NCBI RefSeq assembly: GCF_964194155.1
Contig: NC_135882.1
Coordinates: 63,612,001-63,676,000, forward strand
Direction: 5' to 3'
Length of the DNA stretch: 64,000 nt
Source of the DNA: Cetorhinus maximus
Taxonomy: Eukaryota
The position numbers and the translations under genes were made by a program. Position 1 is the stretch's first letter. Each line of letters starts with the position of its first letter. Shown in pieces: positions 25,201 through 39,212 of this stretch. The notes below the pieces were generated by a model, which was not told where the DNA came from, did not search any database, and saw nothing but the letters and a program-made list of their open reading frames with translations.

Positions 25201-27245
25201 GTTCTGCTCATGAAGTGGATAATGGGGGGGATTGTGGTTAGGGAGTGAGGGGGGTTGGGGGTGAGGGTGAGAGGAGTGAGGTAGGTGAGGAGGTGTTTGA
25301 AGTGGGCGGAAAGTTCAACTCTACGTAGCTGAGCTGCTGATTGCTTTGGAAGCGCTGGACCACGGCCTCTTGGGAATGGTGGTGGGCCTTTTAACCTGCC
25401 TGCTCTGGACTCGGCCCACCTCCACTCCTGCCTCCGGCAGGCTCACCTCAAGGCCATTTAGGACCAGAACCCTCTGAAGATCCCACCTGCCAGCAATCTT
25501 GAGATGGAGGTGGGATCGCAGTAGCGGAATTAGCCCCTTCTCCTGATTCCCACCTCTGACATGTACATAAAACCCTAATGATCTGTAGAATGGGAGTGGA
25601 TTTTACATTTTTTGGTGGAGTGTGGGAGATGGAACAGAAACTGAGTGATCCACTTGCTCCAGCCCCCGCCATCTCAGTCCTTAGAATCAAGTGTCAGATG
25701 GCCAATTAGTGGCCATACGACAGGAAGGTGGCCAATTAGCAGTGTGAAGGGAGGCTGCGAGTCGAATTGGAAGTTTACACCAGGACATCATGTGGCAGAA
25801 GGATAATGCCATTAACAGGATGTTGGTACAGCTACCAACTCTTACTCTCTCACTCTTTCTTCAATTCTTATGGCAGGCTCCAAAAAGCTTAAAAAAAGCT
25901 GCCACCTTCACCAGCAGAATTTGCTGCTACATTCAGCCATGGTCCCAGTGGCAGACTTTTTCTTCTGCCATTGTGCCTCCTTGTCATAGCGACTGTAAAA
26001 CACTCCCAAACCTTTTCGCATCCAACACCCGAAAAATGCAGCCAGCAATGGAAAATTGCAGACAATTGAGTCATTAAAATGCTCAGTAGCTTGTTAATTG
26101 GTCATTTCAAAATGGCAGGTGGGCTTCTGATTTCCACACCTGCTCTCCTGTAATTTCGGAAACTGACATGATGATGTCATATTGGCGACCCTACATCGTC
26201 ATGCCCTATTTCATGTTCATGCTGGGGTTGGGGGTGGTTGGGGGGGAACTGGTCTGCCCAATTTGCAGCCGTATAATCCAGCCCATGATATAGATGGGTT
26301 AAGTGAATTGGCAAGAAGGTGGCACATGGAGTGTAATGTGGCAAAATGCAAGGTTATTCACGGGTAGGAAAAAATAGAAGAGTTGAATATTTTTAAAATG
26401 GTGATGATATGGTGGTGTTCAGATGGACTTCGGTGTCCTTGTACAAGAAGCATAGAAGGGGATAAGAAATTTTCTTGTAGTACTGGTAATGATATTATGC
26501 AGACCACATTGAATCCCGATGGTTAGGCAGCACCATGGACCGCTCCCTGTGCAGTGCACGCAAGATTTTTCAAAAATATCGATGAGGAATGCCTTGCAGG
26601 CTGCCCTTTCCCAGGGAATCAATGTAAACTTTTGTAGGGCCACTTGAATTGGCGCTATATGAACCAGTTTTTACCCCAGTGCTTTAATGTGTAGGTATAG
26701 CAAGCAATTACAAAGGTAAATTACAAGGGGGTTGGAGTAAACAAGTGTTGCTGCAATTGTACAGGGTCTTGCTGAGACCAGACCTGGAGCACTGTGTCCA
26801 GTTTTGGTCTCTGGAGCTAAAAAAAGACATATGCCTTAGAGGGGGTCCGATGAAGGTTTACTGGATTGACTCTTGGAATGTGAGGGCTGTCTAATGAGGA
26901 GAGTTTGAGTAGAAGGGGCTATATTTTCTGGAGCTTAGAAGAATGAGAGAAAATTTCATTGGAACATGAGATTCTGGAGGCCTTGGCAGAGTAGATGCTT
27001 GGAGGTGGTTTCCCCTGGCTGCAGAGTCTAGAATTAGGGGGCATAGTCTGAGGATAAGGGGATGGCCATTTCAGACTGAGATGAGAAGTTTTTTTCACTC
27101 AGGCTTGTGAATCTTTGGAATTCTGTAGCTTGCCAGGCTGTGGATGCTCAGCCAATGAGTATGTTCAAGGTTGAGATCAATAGGTTTTTTAGCTTTAAAG
27201 GAGTCAAGGGATATGGTAATTGGGCAGGAAAGTGGAGCTGAGGTA
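22200..27245 (+). mobile_element. Near full-length degenerate CR1 LINE ORF2 (APE endonuclease + RT), interrupted at ~24410-26284
   Basis: LNA*RIHNKIDE...DLIVITET, GGGVALI, TDHNMIEF, NYRPVSL, QHGFMKGK, ISKFADD, 3' tail. Confidence 0.85.
25193..26284. mobile_element. Probable non-autonomous Harbinger-type element (~1.1 kb)
   Basis: Ends GGTCTTGAGTT / AATCCAGCCC with ATA/ATG flanks; CR1 resumes directly after. Confidence 0.45.
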
Positions 27246-27599
27246 ACAAAAGCATGAACAAGAGTTTTAGAGACGGCTGACATAGAGAAAGAGATGAGCA
27301 ATTTTATGGAGGTAGAAGTAGATGGTCTTACTGATAGACTGGATGTGGAGTTTGAAATTGGGGGACTAAACACCTCCCTGTGGTGGCACTCATGAGATCA
27401 TTATTATTTAGTGAATGCAAATCCCTGGAGCCAAGTGATTGCCTCCTCATTAGCTGAATTGAAGGTGATTAGTCCGCCACTTAGTCTTAGAGGGAACACT
27501 CCTTGGTAATGTGCAGCATTCTGTGTGTATTTCCACAAGTGCATAGGGTTTGTACTGAGTCCCCAGCAGTGGAGGTTGGCTGCACAGGGACTCTGACTT

Positions 27600-28530
27600 G
27601 TCCTGAACCTGTTTAGCAAGGACCACTCCCGACATGGTAGATCAAAGCCTGCCTTTCAACAGGTGGGGTTTGTCAGACGAAGCTTATTAGTGACTTCCCG
27701 TGTTTACCATTCCTTGGTCCAAAGGATGTCTGCTGGTAAACCTTGCTCAGGGACATTACTCCGCATGGGGTGCTGAGATGGAAGGCAGGTAGTAGGTGAA
27801 TTGAATATATCATTGTGGACTGGTAAGTGAGGTACATCACAGATGTTTTCAACCAGCTTGTGGGTTTTCGTCAGTCGGCGGATGTGTAGGGGAGTGATGT
27901 TTGCGAGGACAGGAAACCAGGAGAGGGTGTTGGGCAGAGAGTCCTAGTTATGATGCACGTTGTTACATTCAGTTGAGTGTCAACAAGATGTGTGTGATGA
28001 CCTGTCCCAGATAGATGCACAGTATTCTGCAGCGGAGTATGATAGGGCACTTGCTGAGGTCCGGAGAGTTGTGGCAGCTGCACCGACGTAGATCCAGCAA
28101 ATGTAGTTAATAAGTTGTTTCTGATTTTGACCTTTGCTGCTGTTTTCTTCTACAGAGTCCTATCTAGAGTGACTCCCAAGTATGTTGGGTCGGTGTTATG
28201 CTTTAGTCTCTGAACATCCATGTAAATATGAAATTCTTTTTCGGCACTGGCATTATGAAGATGGAATCCACTGGATATAGCTTTAGAGGAATTCAGTGTA
28301 AGTCGCCATGTGCTGCAGTAGTGTCAACTTTGTAACGTCTTCATTAAGGATCTGGTCCAGGATGCAGAAGGATGGGGCTTGGGTGGCACAACAGATATCG
28401 TCAGCATAGATGAACTTGCAGGGTGTGGTTGTTAGCAGGTCATTTGTATATTTGTTGAACAGCATTGGGGCTATCACTGAGTCCCGTGATAGTCCGTTGG
28501 TGAATTTTCTCCATGCACTTTTCCCTTTAT
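27600..28530 (-). mobile_element. Non-LTR retrotransposon RT fragment of a different clade (Daphne/I-like, uncertain)
   Basis: LFNKYTNDL...KFIYADDICCA; YLGVTLDR; RNNLLTTFAGST; LVDTQLN. Confidence 0.65.
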
Positions 28531-29079
28531 ATCCTTAACTATACATCACAAATATAATAAAATATAGCATCTTGGCAGAAAAATAAGAGACTACAAGAGA
28601 TGTAAGAAAAAATTAAAATATACAAAAAGGTTATGAATAAATAACATTCAGATTAAATAAAATACATTGAAAAATACAAATACCTCAAGTCAGAGCCAGA
28701 TTAAATACTTGGGGCTGCAAAATTAATTTAGGGAAGTCATGAATATTTGCTGTTCATTACAACCCCTGAGAATCTGTCAGAAGTCTGATGTTTAATATGA
28801 ATTGAGTTTATTCCTCTTTAGTTCCAGCTTTGTCATTGCCAGTATTCCTAGTGTTCCCACTCCTTGCTTCAATTTCAGTCCAAAGAGAGTAGAAGTTTTC
28901 TTTCCTCTCTACATCTAAAATTTCACTTATAGTTTTGACAAGTGGATTTTGATGAGTGTTAAATTGTTCACTGGTTGATCCCTCTATCATTGATGACAGA
29001 GCAGTGGATATGGGGCACAATCTTCACACCATTTTTGGCCAATCCACCCTCTATATGTCCCAATGTCCCCTGTCTCTAT

Positions 29080-30645
29080 TTTCAGAAGGCTATCAATAAT
29101 GTCCCATACAAGAGGTTAATAAGCAAAATTAGATGGCATGGGATTGAGGGAAATATGCTGACATGGATTGAGAATTGGTTAATGGACAAAAAACAGAGAG
29201 TAGGAATAAATGGCTCATTCTCAGGTTGGCAGGCTGTGACTAGTGGGGTACTGCAAGGATCAGTGCTTGGGCCCCAGCTATTCACAATCTGTATCAATGA
29301 TTTGGATGTGGGGACGAAATGTAATATTTCCAAATTTGCTGATAACACACAACTAGGTGGGAATGTGCGTTGTGAGGAAGATGCAAAAAGGCTACAAGGT
29401 ATTTAGACCAGCCAAGTGATTGGGCAAGAACATGGCCAATGGAGCTTTCCTTAGAGAAAAGAACGCTGAGAGAAGAATTGATAGAGATATTCAATATCCT
29501 GAGGGGTATGGACAGGGTAAATAGCGAAAAACTGCTCCCACTGAAGGGAACATCAAGAACTAGAGGGCATAGATTCAAAATAATTGGCAAAAGGAGTAAA
29601 AGTGATGAGGATTTTTTTTTCACCCAGAGGATGGTTGGAGTCTGGAAATAACTACCTGAGAGGATGGTGGAGGCAGGTTCGATCAAGGTATTCAAAAAGG
29701 AATAGGATGGCTATCTGAAAAGAGAGAATGTGCAAGATTATGCGGATAAGGCAGGGGAGTGGGGCCAGGTAGAATGCTCTTTCAGAGAGCCAGTGGATAC
29801 TTGAAGGGCCAAATGGCCTCCTGCACTGTAAAGATTCTGATTCTGTGGGAATACAAGGTGAAGTTATTCACTTTGGTAGGAAAAACAGAAACGTGAAGTA
29901 TTTTTTAAATGGTGAGAGATTGGGAAGTGTTGATGTCCAAAGGGACCTGGGTGTCCTTGTTTGTGAATCACTGAAAGCTAACTTGTAGGTGCAGCAAGCC
30001 ATTAGGAAGGAAAATGGTATGCTGGCCTTTAATGCAAGAGTATTTGAGTACAGGAGTAAAGATGTCTTGCTGCAATTGTATAGAGCCTTGGTGAGACCAC
30101 ACCTGGAGTATTGCATACCGTTTTGGTCTCCTTACCTGAGAAAAGATATACTTGACATTGAGGGAGTCCAACGAAAGTTCACCAGACTGATTCTTGGGAT
30201 GGCAGGATTGTTCTATGAGGGGAGACTGGATCTGTATGTTCTAGAGTTTAGAAGAATAAGAGGCAATCTCATGAAACATACAACATCCTTACAGGGCTTG
30301 ACAAGGTAGATGCAGGAAGCATGTTTCCCCTGGCTTGAGGGTCTAGAACCAGGGGACACAATCTCAGAATAAGGGGTAGGCCATTTAGAACTGAAATGAG
30401 GAGGAAGTTCTTCACTCAGCGTGGTGACCCTTTGGAATCCTCTACCCTCCATAGGGCTATGGAGGTTCAATCATTGAATATATTCAAGACAGAGATCAAT
30501 AGATTTCTAGACGGTAAAGACATCAAGGGATACGGGGATAGTGCAGGAAAATGGCATTGAAGTAGAAGACTAACCAAGATCTGTTTGAATGGTGGAGCAG
30601 GCTTAAGGGGTTGAATGGTTTACTCCTGCTCTTATTTCCTATATT
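29080..30645 (+). mobile_element. CR1 LINE RT and 3' end with a nested second CR1 3' end (~29440-29845)
   Basis: SGVLQGSVLGPQLFTICINDLD, KFADN, LVRPHLEYC; two separate CR1 tails. Confidence 0.85.
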
Positions 30646-31080
30646 CCAATGTTCTTTTACACAATAAATTTCCACTTGGCCCAACTTCACTATTTTGGCC
30701 TTGCATAGATGCTTCTCAATTCCTGCAACTTTCACCATACTATAGATGTTTTGCATTGTATCCTGCACTCCACCTGTGATGCCTTTCGATTCCTATGAGC
30801 ACTGTGCTCTTCGTTTTGAGAGGATGCTTGGATATTGTATTTTTTCAATGCTTACATTGCTGATAGAGTTTTAATTTTGACAGTATATATCCTCACGCAT
30901 TGCATTGTATACTTTGCTTTAGGTGTACTGTACATTTTGCATTGTTTTAGTCATAGTTTGCACTTTGACTGCCTGTGTGATGGGAAAAAGCAAGTGCTCG
31001 GGTTTTATAAATCCTCACCTATACACTGAATTAACTCAAGTATTGCACTGTGCATTTCGCATAACATGTTCACATATTGT

Positions 31081-31205
31081 TGCCGGAATTTTCCAGCCCT
31101 GTAATACAGGACCCGCCACAGGAGATCCAGTGGCACAGCCAAAAGTCCATTGACTTTTGCAGGACAGGACAATCCTGGCCGTGGGCGGGCCGGAAAATCC
31201 TGCCC
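31081..31205. mobile_element. Short Harbinger-type MITE, TSD TGT
   Basis: TGCCGGAATTTTCC / GGAAAATCCTGCCC inverted ends flanked by TGT. Confidence 0.65.
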
Positions 31206-34200
31206 TGTTTATTTTAAAGTGCTGTTGTTTATCGTTTTAATTATTTTTTGATCGGTTTTATTTTCTAAATACTGGTATTATTATAAAATGTCTTATTATA
31301 AACTGGATTATTTAAAACATCTTGTGTTTTTTCCCCTTGAAACTGGCATTAAATGTTTACTTTAGAGGTTGAAATATTTTTACAATGTTGATCTGAAGTT
31401 CAGTTATGTTGGAATGTGGGCCCCCAGGGTGGGGAAAGGATTGCTCACGTTCAAATTTTCACTTTGTGCCTAGAACTAAATAAATCCTTAATTAAAGACT
31501 GCAGAGATGATAGGTAAAAGAAAACACGGATTAAACATTTTATGGGATAAATTTTCACACAAGATACATGACCACTAAAATAAATGTGGAGTAATTTTTT
31601 TTGTTTAGCATTTGTTTTATGCAGAACTTATTCCCTGCACAAAAGGTACAAATACACTGACCTACCACACCACCAATTGCCATTCTTTTGTTAACTTCTA
31701 GACTCTGGGCTTCTGCTTCCACCACATTGTTTTGCCAGACCTACCTGAGTCTGCACTTGTATCGTACTTCCTGAGCCCTGCTGATTAAGCACGTCTTCTT
31801 TTCAAATTGCTTTTATTGGCTATGATTAATCCTCTTTCAAACTAATTTTGGCTCCACCAATTATACTGCCAAAATTCTAGTAGACAGCTATCCATCCCTT
31901 AATTTTTCTTTGACTTATACTTCTGTTTTGCATAGATTACAGAAAGCTTTGATCTCTGAAGCCCGAACTGAAAAATGACCTCCATTAAACTGCCTATGTA
32001 AACTGTATTTTTCATTCATGCTAAGAGGGTATTCAAGATTTACTCTGAAGAGTAGATAATTGTCAATGTCTGTATAGCAAGAATTAATTTTGATTGCTTA
32101 CTTGGGATATGGTCATCAGCTGTGGAACAGAAGCAAGGTAATCAGTGGAGACTGCACGTTCCTTGGTAACAGTTTGAGGAAAAGCTGTAGGTTATAGCTG
32201 AAGTCAGCAAAGTGAAGACAGACATTGCCAGTTGGTGGAAATCTGATGTGGAGAACAGTGACAGTTTCATGAAGGTATACATGCTTAGAAAATAAAGGCT
32301 AATTGTGTGTGTGCTATGTCATCGGTTTGATGCCATTCTAGCTGAAATGCAATTTTTATTTCCACGGATAAATCTCCACATGGGTCTTTAAAAATAGAAT
32401 TTGTTTCCATTTAACAGAAAGCAATTTCCTGCAAGATGGATTGTTTCTATGGAAATACTCTTGGTGGTACAGATATTCATCTCCTGAAAGGGGATAGAGA
32501 AGACTGTAGCAGTGAGTGATAATAAAAGGTAGAGAAAAACTAAGAATAGACAGTGGGGGAAATCATAAAAATGCCATAGAGGTTAATGAGATTAGAGAGA
32601 ATGGAGAAAGAGGAAACACAGTTATTGGGCAATAGCAGAACAGCCACGAAAATACAGAAGAGTAGTCACTAAAGAAAATACAAAGGATACAAATAAAACA
32701 TTTGAGACCAACAATAGAAAAATCATGGCATTCATTGAGACAGCTATGAAAAAATCTCGCTAGATTGTTGAAGATAGAATAGTTAACAAAAATTGTGAAA
32801 CATTTCACAAAATGATTAACTTTACCGACAGATTTTTTTTCTAGTGCATTACAGCTGTAAGAATTGTATGCACCATGTTTCCTAGAGGAGTTATTATTTT
32901 GTTGTTGCCTGTGTTTGTGGTTTTAATAATTCAAGTCTCCAGTGCCTCCTTATTCTTTACAAAGGTGATAAGGGCACAGGAGGGCGGGATCTCACCCTCT
33001 CTCTTGGTCTCTGCGGGTGGGAGATGAGTGGGGAAGTGGCAGCTCTGCAGTAGCAAGCAGACCATAGGCAGCCAGAGCAAATGGAGCACCGCAGAGAAAC
33101 AAGAACTGCAAATTTCCAGGAGATTTCAATGAGATGAGGGAATTTAATTGGAGAGTAAAAGGAGAATAAACAGCTGTTTCACGTGAACTGGATGGACGGA
33201 GGTAGCAGAGCAGAACAGTGTTTGCAGCTCGTAAGAGATATGAGGTACATATTCACTTGTTCACAAGGAATTGAGTAATTAAACTGCAACAAAGCCTGGT
33301 AATGCTGAAAATATGCTGGGATAAAGTCTAACTGGAAGAGGGTTTTTTGTGCATTTTAAATAATTGTTTGGAGGACCCTATTATGTGATGCCATTGTAAA
33401 ATTGCAGTTTCTTTCTTTCCTATCTATTTGTGTTTTGTCGTTTTAGTTAAAAATAATATTTGGGTTTTACTAGGTCACTTAATGTAGTTATCGGTTTTGT
33501 AGATTTGAGTTTAAAATAAATATTGGCACTGTTAATACCTTACATTGATAAATGTTTATTAATGACCTGTATCTATTGTCAACTTAAAAATGAAACACTG
33601 ATTCATAGTTCAGTCATTTTCCCATAAATTTAAAAAGCATAGCCTCTAAAATTTTAGATGATGCTGATGATAACAGTAATTATATGTAACAGACTGTTCT
33701 TAGTTATCTTTTAAACCTGCTTCATTCATTATTTCAGATGGGAGTCAGTTTGTCAAGAGCATTACAGTTTAGCTTTTTCGAATCTCAAGCATCCGTAGCT
33801 TATGTACAAGGTAGTTGAATATGCAGATTGTAATGTTGTAGTTTAATAACTCTCATACCCTGTACATTTAGGTTCTCGTGACTGAAACTAAATGCAATTC
33901 TTAATGATTTTATTTAAATTATTTTTTTAAATATTAGTCACAATGCTTATTGTCAATTCCTAGTCATTCTGAGGGCATTATGAATCATTCACACATTGTG
34001 AGATTGAAGTTACAAATGGGCAGGTTGCCTTCCCTGGAGGACATTAGTCTAGACACTAAATACTTGGTAGTTTTGTGTTTGTCAATTTTCCCAACATCAG
34101 TGGTTTCCAAATTTCAGCCAAACTACAGGGAAGTCCGACCTGTCACCAGATGGTGAGTTTCCATACTGGAGACTGCTCTTATGAACATCTGAGAGACTGG

Positions 34201-35119
34201 CCAAGAGCAGCAATAGTTTGAAAGCAAATTGTTACCAGGAATTAGGGTTGGACGATAAGAGTAAATAGCATTGATCTCATAAGCAGGTGTAGTATACATC
34301 TCAATTAAGTTGCAATGTTACTGATCATTAACTTTGATTTTTAAATAATTTTAGTAATTAAGAGAGCAGTTTTTAATTGATGTTTATTGAAATAAATATG
34401 AAATACAAAATGTAACTGAAATTGGTAATATTTTTGGAGAGTTCTGCCTGAAGTCTCACTGTTGCTCACTGTGTTTAATGAAATTGTGACCCTGTAACTG
34501 TTACAAGGCTTGTGCTGTGTCAAGAAATCACAAGAAATGCATTTCTCCATTTCAGTAAAACACCTGAGCGGTTATAATTGAAACATAAAGGGTTTGATTT
34601 TCATTGGCTTTGCCTGACGTTAAAGGAATGGTAATGATCTCAAAATAGGGTCGGTGCCTTACTGTCCCATTAATATCAGCAACGTGGCCAGCTTCACGTT
34701 GAAAGGGGCCTACCACTGGGTGTCCAAAATGTTCACCTGTTTCAGGCGATTGGCCTCTTTTACAATGGAATTGAAGGTCTTGTGTTGTAAATATGACTCT
34801 GATTACCATTTTATGTCAACACTGATCGGACCTTGCTTTGTGTAGTCTCTGACCAGTTCCACAGGCAATGGAACTAAAGAGGTTCCCCAAAGGTAAGTGT
34901 CAAATTGCCTAAAAAAAAAATCTGGTCTGCTGCTCCCTGGAACCCCACACCCTGCAATCGTGACCACTCCTTCTCCACCCCTGCAGCTTAGTTTTCTGGA
35001 AGCTGTTTTAGACCATTCTTGAGACCCCTATTCAGCAAATTGCACCAGGACCAGCAGTTCGCCTACCAAATTTAAATGAAATAGGGGCTTCAAAACTGTG
35101 GGGTGTAAGAGGGTTGCTT

Positions 35120-35497
35120 CATTACTGTTGGAGCGACCAACATATCCAAAAATCAAACTCATCCTCTGTCTGTTACTTAAAGGATAGTTCATACTCTTCA
35201 AATTCCAGCGCACTCCTGATTGGTCTCTCACATTCTACCCTCATCTGCAAACTTGAGGAGATCCAAAACTCTACTGCCTGTACTTTAACTTGAACCAAGT
35301 CCCTTTTACCCTGTGCTTGCTGATCTACAGTGGCTTCCATTCAAATCCCTCCATGGCCTCGCACCTCCCTATCTCTATAATCTCCTCAAGTCTCACAACT
35401 CTTTGTGATATCTGTGTTCACCTAATTTTGGACTCTTGAGCATCCTCAATTTCCATAGTTCCACCATTGGTGGCCATGCCTTTGGATGCCTGGGCCC
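35120..35497 (+). mobile_element. L2-type LINE 3' fragment
   Basis: CAAAACTCTACTGCC...CTACAGTGGCTTCC...CCACCATTGGTGGCCATGCCTT tail. Confidence 0.6.
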
Positions 35498-35698
35498 ACG
35501 TGGATTTTCACGCTGTATTGACCCAAAACTGCCACATTATTTATGCATTCCCGAGAAATATGCCATTTCCATGGTGGGCAGGTTCTCATTCGTCCGCCCA
35601 CCATCACCTTACCGCTTCATCAAGCCGGGCACCATATCTAAAGTACAGCTGCATGCACCACATCTCAGTGCTTCCAGCCCATGACTGCTGCAGGGAAA

Positions 35699-37344
35699 AT
35701 GCCCACGAAAGGCAAGAAGACTGCAGCCCCTAGGTTCAGTGATGCATCACTGAAACACCTTTGGAGGTCCACTGGGATGCCCTATACCCCCGCTCTGGCT
35801 GCAGGATGGGCAGCAGCGTCACCAACCAGGCTTGGGAGGCAGTGGCAGCAGTGGTCAGCACCAATGCCCTTCAGAAAAGGACAGCCAGGTAGTGCCGCAA
35901 GAGGATGAATGATCTCCTTCGTTCCACCAGGGTAACTCACTCTTCTCATCACTCTCAACCCTCACACTTGCAAACCCATCACACATCCACAGGCCCTCAC
36001 TCACTGCCGGTTCAAGGGACATCACCATTTACTCTCTCACTATCATCGTCCTCATCCATGGGACCACTCACCACCCACACGTGCCAGGCATACTTATCAT
36101 CTGGTCTGGCAGGCGCCCCACTCATACTCTCTCCAACTCTATATATACAGGACAAGCTGGCACACAACAAGAGAGAGAGGTTGCAGACCGGTGGAGGAAT
36201 GCCTGAAATCAAGGTGCACACTGACTTTGAAAACACAGACATCCAGCTGACCGGCGACGATCTGGACCGAGGAAGGCGAGGTCGGCGCTGCTCTACCAAG
36301 TGAGGATCCGGCAGCGCAACATCAATCAGACAACCATGCTGTGAGTGATGTGTCCTGTTTCATAGACCACTGTCATGTAATTATCTCCCCTTGCTTCCGC
36401 AGGCACATGTGGGAAACAGCCGATGGAGTCCATGACCCAGGGCCTCCAATCAAGCTCCGAAGAAACCTCTGAAGAGAAATCTAGAGGCACTCTCCTTGAA
36501 GTCCTGTCACAGCGCTCACCCACACTCTGCAGCAGCGCAGAGACAAACACCTTGGTGGAACGTGTTTTAGAATAGCCTTGGGATCGCAATCTGCTGAGCA
36601 TATCGCACCATCTGATCCACAACAAGTGGCAGCAGGGACTTCCCAGGTGCCCTACATTCAGCGGACTGCTGGAGGCCATAAATTTTGGAGTCCGAGTTCA
36701 GATGATGAGCACCTGGACTCAGCATGTCTCAGTTGCTCGAGCTGCAAAGGCAAGCTCGGGAACATCCGGAGGGGATGTCCGCTGCACTCTTCAGATTGCA
36801 AGGCACGATGGAGGAGTCTGTCCGCCTTCAGGCTGAGGTGATAGCGCCAGCATGTCAACGCACTGAAGTCAACACTGGTAGGATGGCGATGCCCATGGAG
36901 ACCATGGTCCAGGACCTCGCTCCTGCCCTGCTGCACAGGCTTAACTCCATCACTGATGCCATAGTTGGCCTCCAACAGTGTGTACTTGAAAGGGATGCCT
37001 GGCAGTTCAGTCTCACTCCATGTATCCCTTCTCAAGGAGTCAACCAGGGGCCCTCAGGCACCCATAGGGAGGAGGATCAGCAGATGCACACCCAGGGGCC
37101 GTCCATCCAAGTGACTCCAGGAGTGTCTGGCCTATTGTCTTCCTGTGACCTCAGCAGTTCCAGTTCCACAAGCTGAGGAGGGTGCCACTGCCACATAGCA
37201 GGATCCCAAAAGCAGGCCAGGGCTCTCCAAGTCTTGGCCCTCCAGAGGACATCCGGCAAGGTCATCACAGTCAGATGGCTGTCTCCACCTCCGCTGTGGA
37301 TGTCCAGACGTAATGGCAGGGTTAGGAAAGTTAAGAAGAATTAG
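35699..37344 (+). pseudogene. Harbinger A Myb/SANT-like DNA-binding gene, 3 exons (35699-35931, 36151-36299, 36403-37344), frameshifted
   Basis: MPTKGKKTAAPRFSD...CRKRMNDL|GT; AG|DKLAHNKRERLQTGGG; coiled-coil QLLELQRQARE...MEES; AATAAA at 37390. Confidence 0.75.
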
Positions 37345-38043
37345 TTGGGCACAGGTGTTAATGACTTGTACATACTGTTCACTATTGTCAATAAACTGCC
37401 AAGAATGTCTCCCTGCCTATGGCTCCTTGTTCCGATGAGCAGTGTTCACGTCACTCAGATGTGAAACCTTTCTGCACAAGATAAAAGCAGGTGTCTCAGT
37501 CCAGGGCCTCTTCCCTGTGCTTTGTGCAGCCTTCAGACCAAAGTGATGGTCCAGCCTCACACTCCCTGGGCACATTACTGATGCCTGCAACTCGGCAGTG
37601 CTTGTCATTGCTGCCAGAATGTAGTGGGTAGGTGCCACAGAGTTCTGTCCTTCTCTCTGTGTGCTCTCAGCACCTTTTAAGGTGGGGCTGTCCCCCATCT
37701 CTTCAGCATCTGTGACCAGTGGCACTGTGCCCCTGAAGGGCTGAAGGCGGACAAAAGAAGAGATTCTTCTAAAGTTTCATGGCTGCGTCTCTATGATATG
37801 ACCTTGATCACAGAGCGCAAGTGAGCTGCCCTCGGCCAGACAGGAGTCAAGACATTATCAGAGGCTATGTGAAGATCTAGTGCCCTCGCTGCATGTTGTC
37901 ATCATCCTCCTGCAATGAGTGACTATTACAGCCTCCACTGTGTCTCCATGACAGGAGCATTTTCACAGAGTGTATTCATGCTGCCATAAGCCAGACTGGA
38001 TTCAAACGTTCACAGATGCAATGAGAGGATCTATGGGGTCACC

Positions 38044-39212
38044 TCACTGCATGTCATCATTATCTTCCACAAATCTAGCAGCTATGAGGGCCTCCCGAGT
38101 GCACCTGCCTTTTCTAGTCAGTGTGAAGGCTTCATCCCCGTCATCGTCACCTTTAAGGACCTCCTCACCGTCATCCTCATCGGTGTCCTCCTCAACGGAG
38201 GAGACCTCCAACTCCTCTTCAGCCAGCTCATCTCCCCATTGCAGCACCAGGTTGTAAAGGGCGCAGCAGGCGACGATGATACATGACACCCTCTGAAGAC
38301 TATTGCAGGGCTCCACCAGACCAGTCCAGGCACAGGAACCTCATTTTCAGCATCCGGACGGTCTGCTCCACCAAGTTGCGAGCTGCTGCACGAGCCTCAT
38401 TATACCGTCGCTCTGCTGCAGACTGAGGCCGCCGCACGGGTGTCATTAGCCACGGCCTCTGTGGGTAACCCTTGTCCTCTAGGAGCCAACCCTGCAGCTC
38501 CTGTGGACTCTGGAAGACTTCAGGGATCTGTGATTGACTGAGGATGTAGGAGTTGTGCACACTCCCTGGTGCAAATCGTGTGCACAACTGCAGGATGCGT
38601 TTCTGATGGTTGTACACCAGCTGCGTATTCAGCGAGTGGAACCCCTTGCAGTTCACCGTGTGTTGCGATAGAGATCTGAGCGCCATGTGAATGCAGTTAA
38701 TCCCACCCTGCACCTATGGGAAACCCAAGATCTGGGCGATTCCAATTGCTCTTGCATCCTGGCTGTCCTGGTCCCAGGCGAAATGCACAAAGTTGTGTGC
38801 CCTTTCAAAGATGGCATCCGTGATCTCATGGATGCATTTGTAGGTGGAGGCTTTTGAGATCCCACAGAGGTCACCTGTGGAGCCCTGAAAGGAGCCATTG
38901 GTGTGGAAATTGAGCGCTGCGGTCACTTTCATGGCCACTGGCAGTGGATGCCCTCCATGTTCCTGTGACGCCAAATCTTGCAGCAGCTGGTAGATGTTAC
39001 CTTCTAATTCCCTAGACATGCACAGTCTTCGTCAACACTGGTTCTCGGTCATCTGCAGGAATGAAAGGCAGCATCTGTAGACCCTGGTTGTCGCTAGGCG
39101 CCGACCAGCTACGGCTCACTGTGGCTCTTCGGCAGCATGTGCAGGAGCGCCAGCTGCCTCGTCTTCGCTCTCTGTAGGCCACCAGTCATACAGCTAGATT
39201 ACCAGGCTCCAT
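38044..39212 (-). pseudogene. Harbinger A transposase (HARBI1-like, DDE_Tnp_4), disrupted
   Basis: LPVAMKVTAALNF..GSFQ, NCKGFHSLNTQLV, GWLLEDKGY, RNLVEQTV.MLKMRF.CLD and acidic tail. First catalytic D is N; stops and frameshifts present. Confidence 0.9.

Noticed and set aside
35905-36303. 132-aa ORF with a His/Ser/Thr-rich segment
   Set aside because: Read-through of a 219-bp phase-0 intron between Myb exons 1 and 2.
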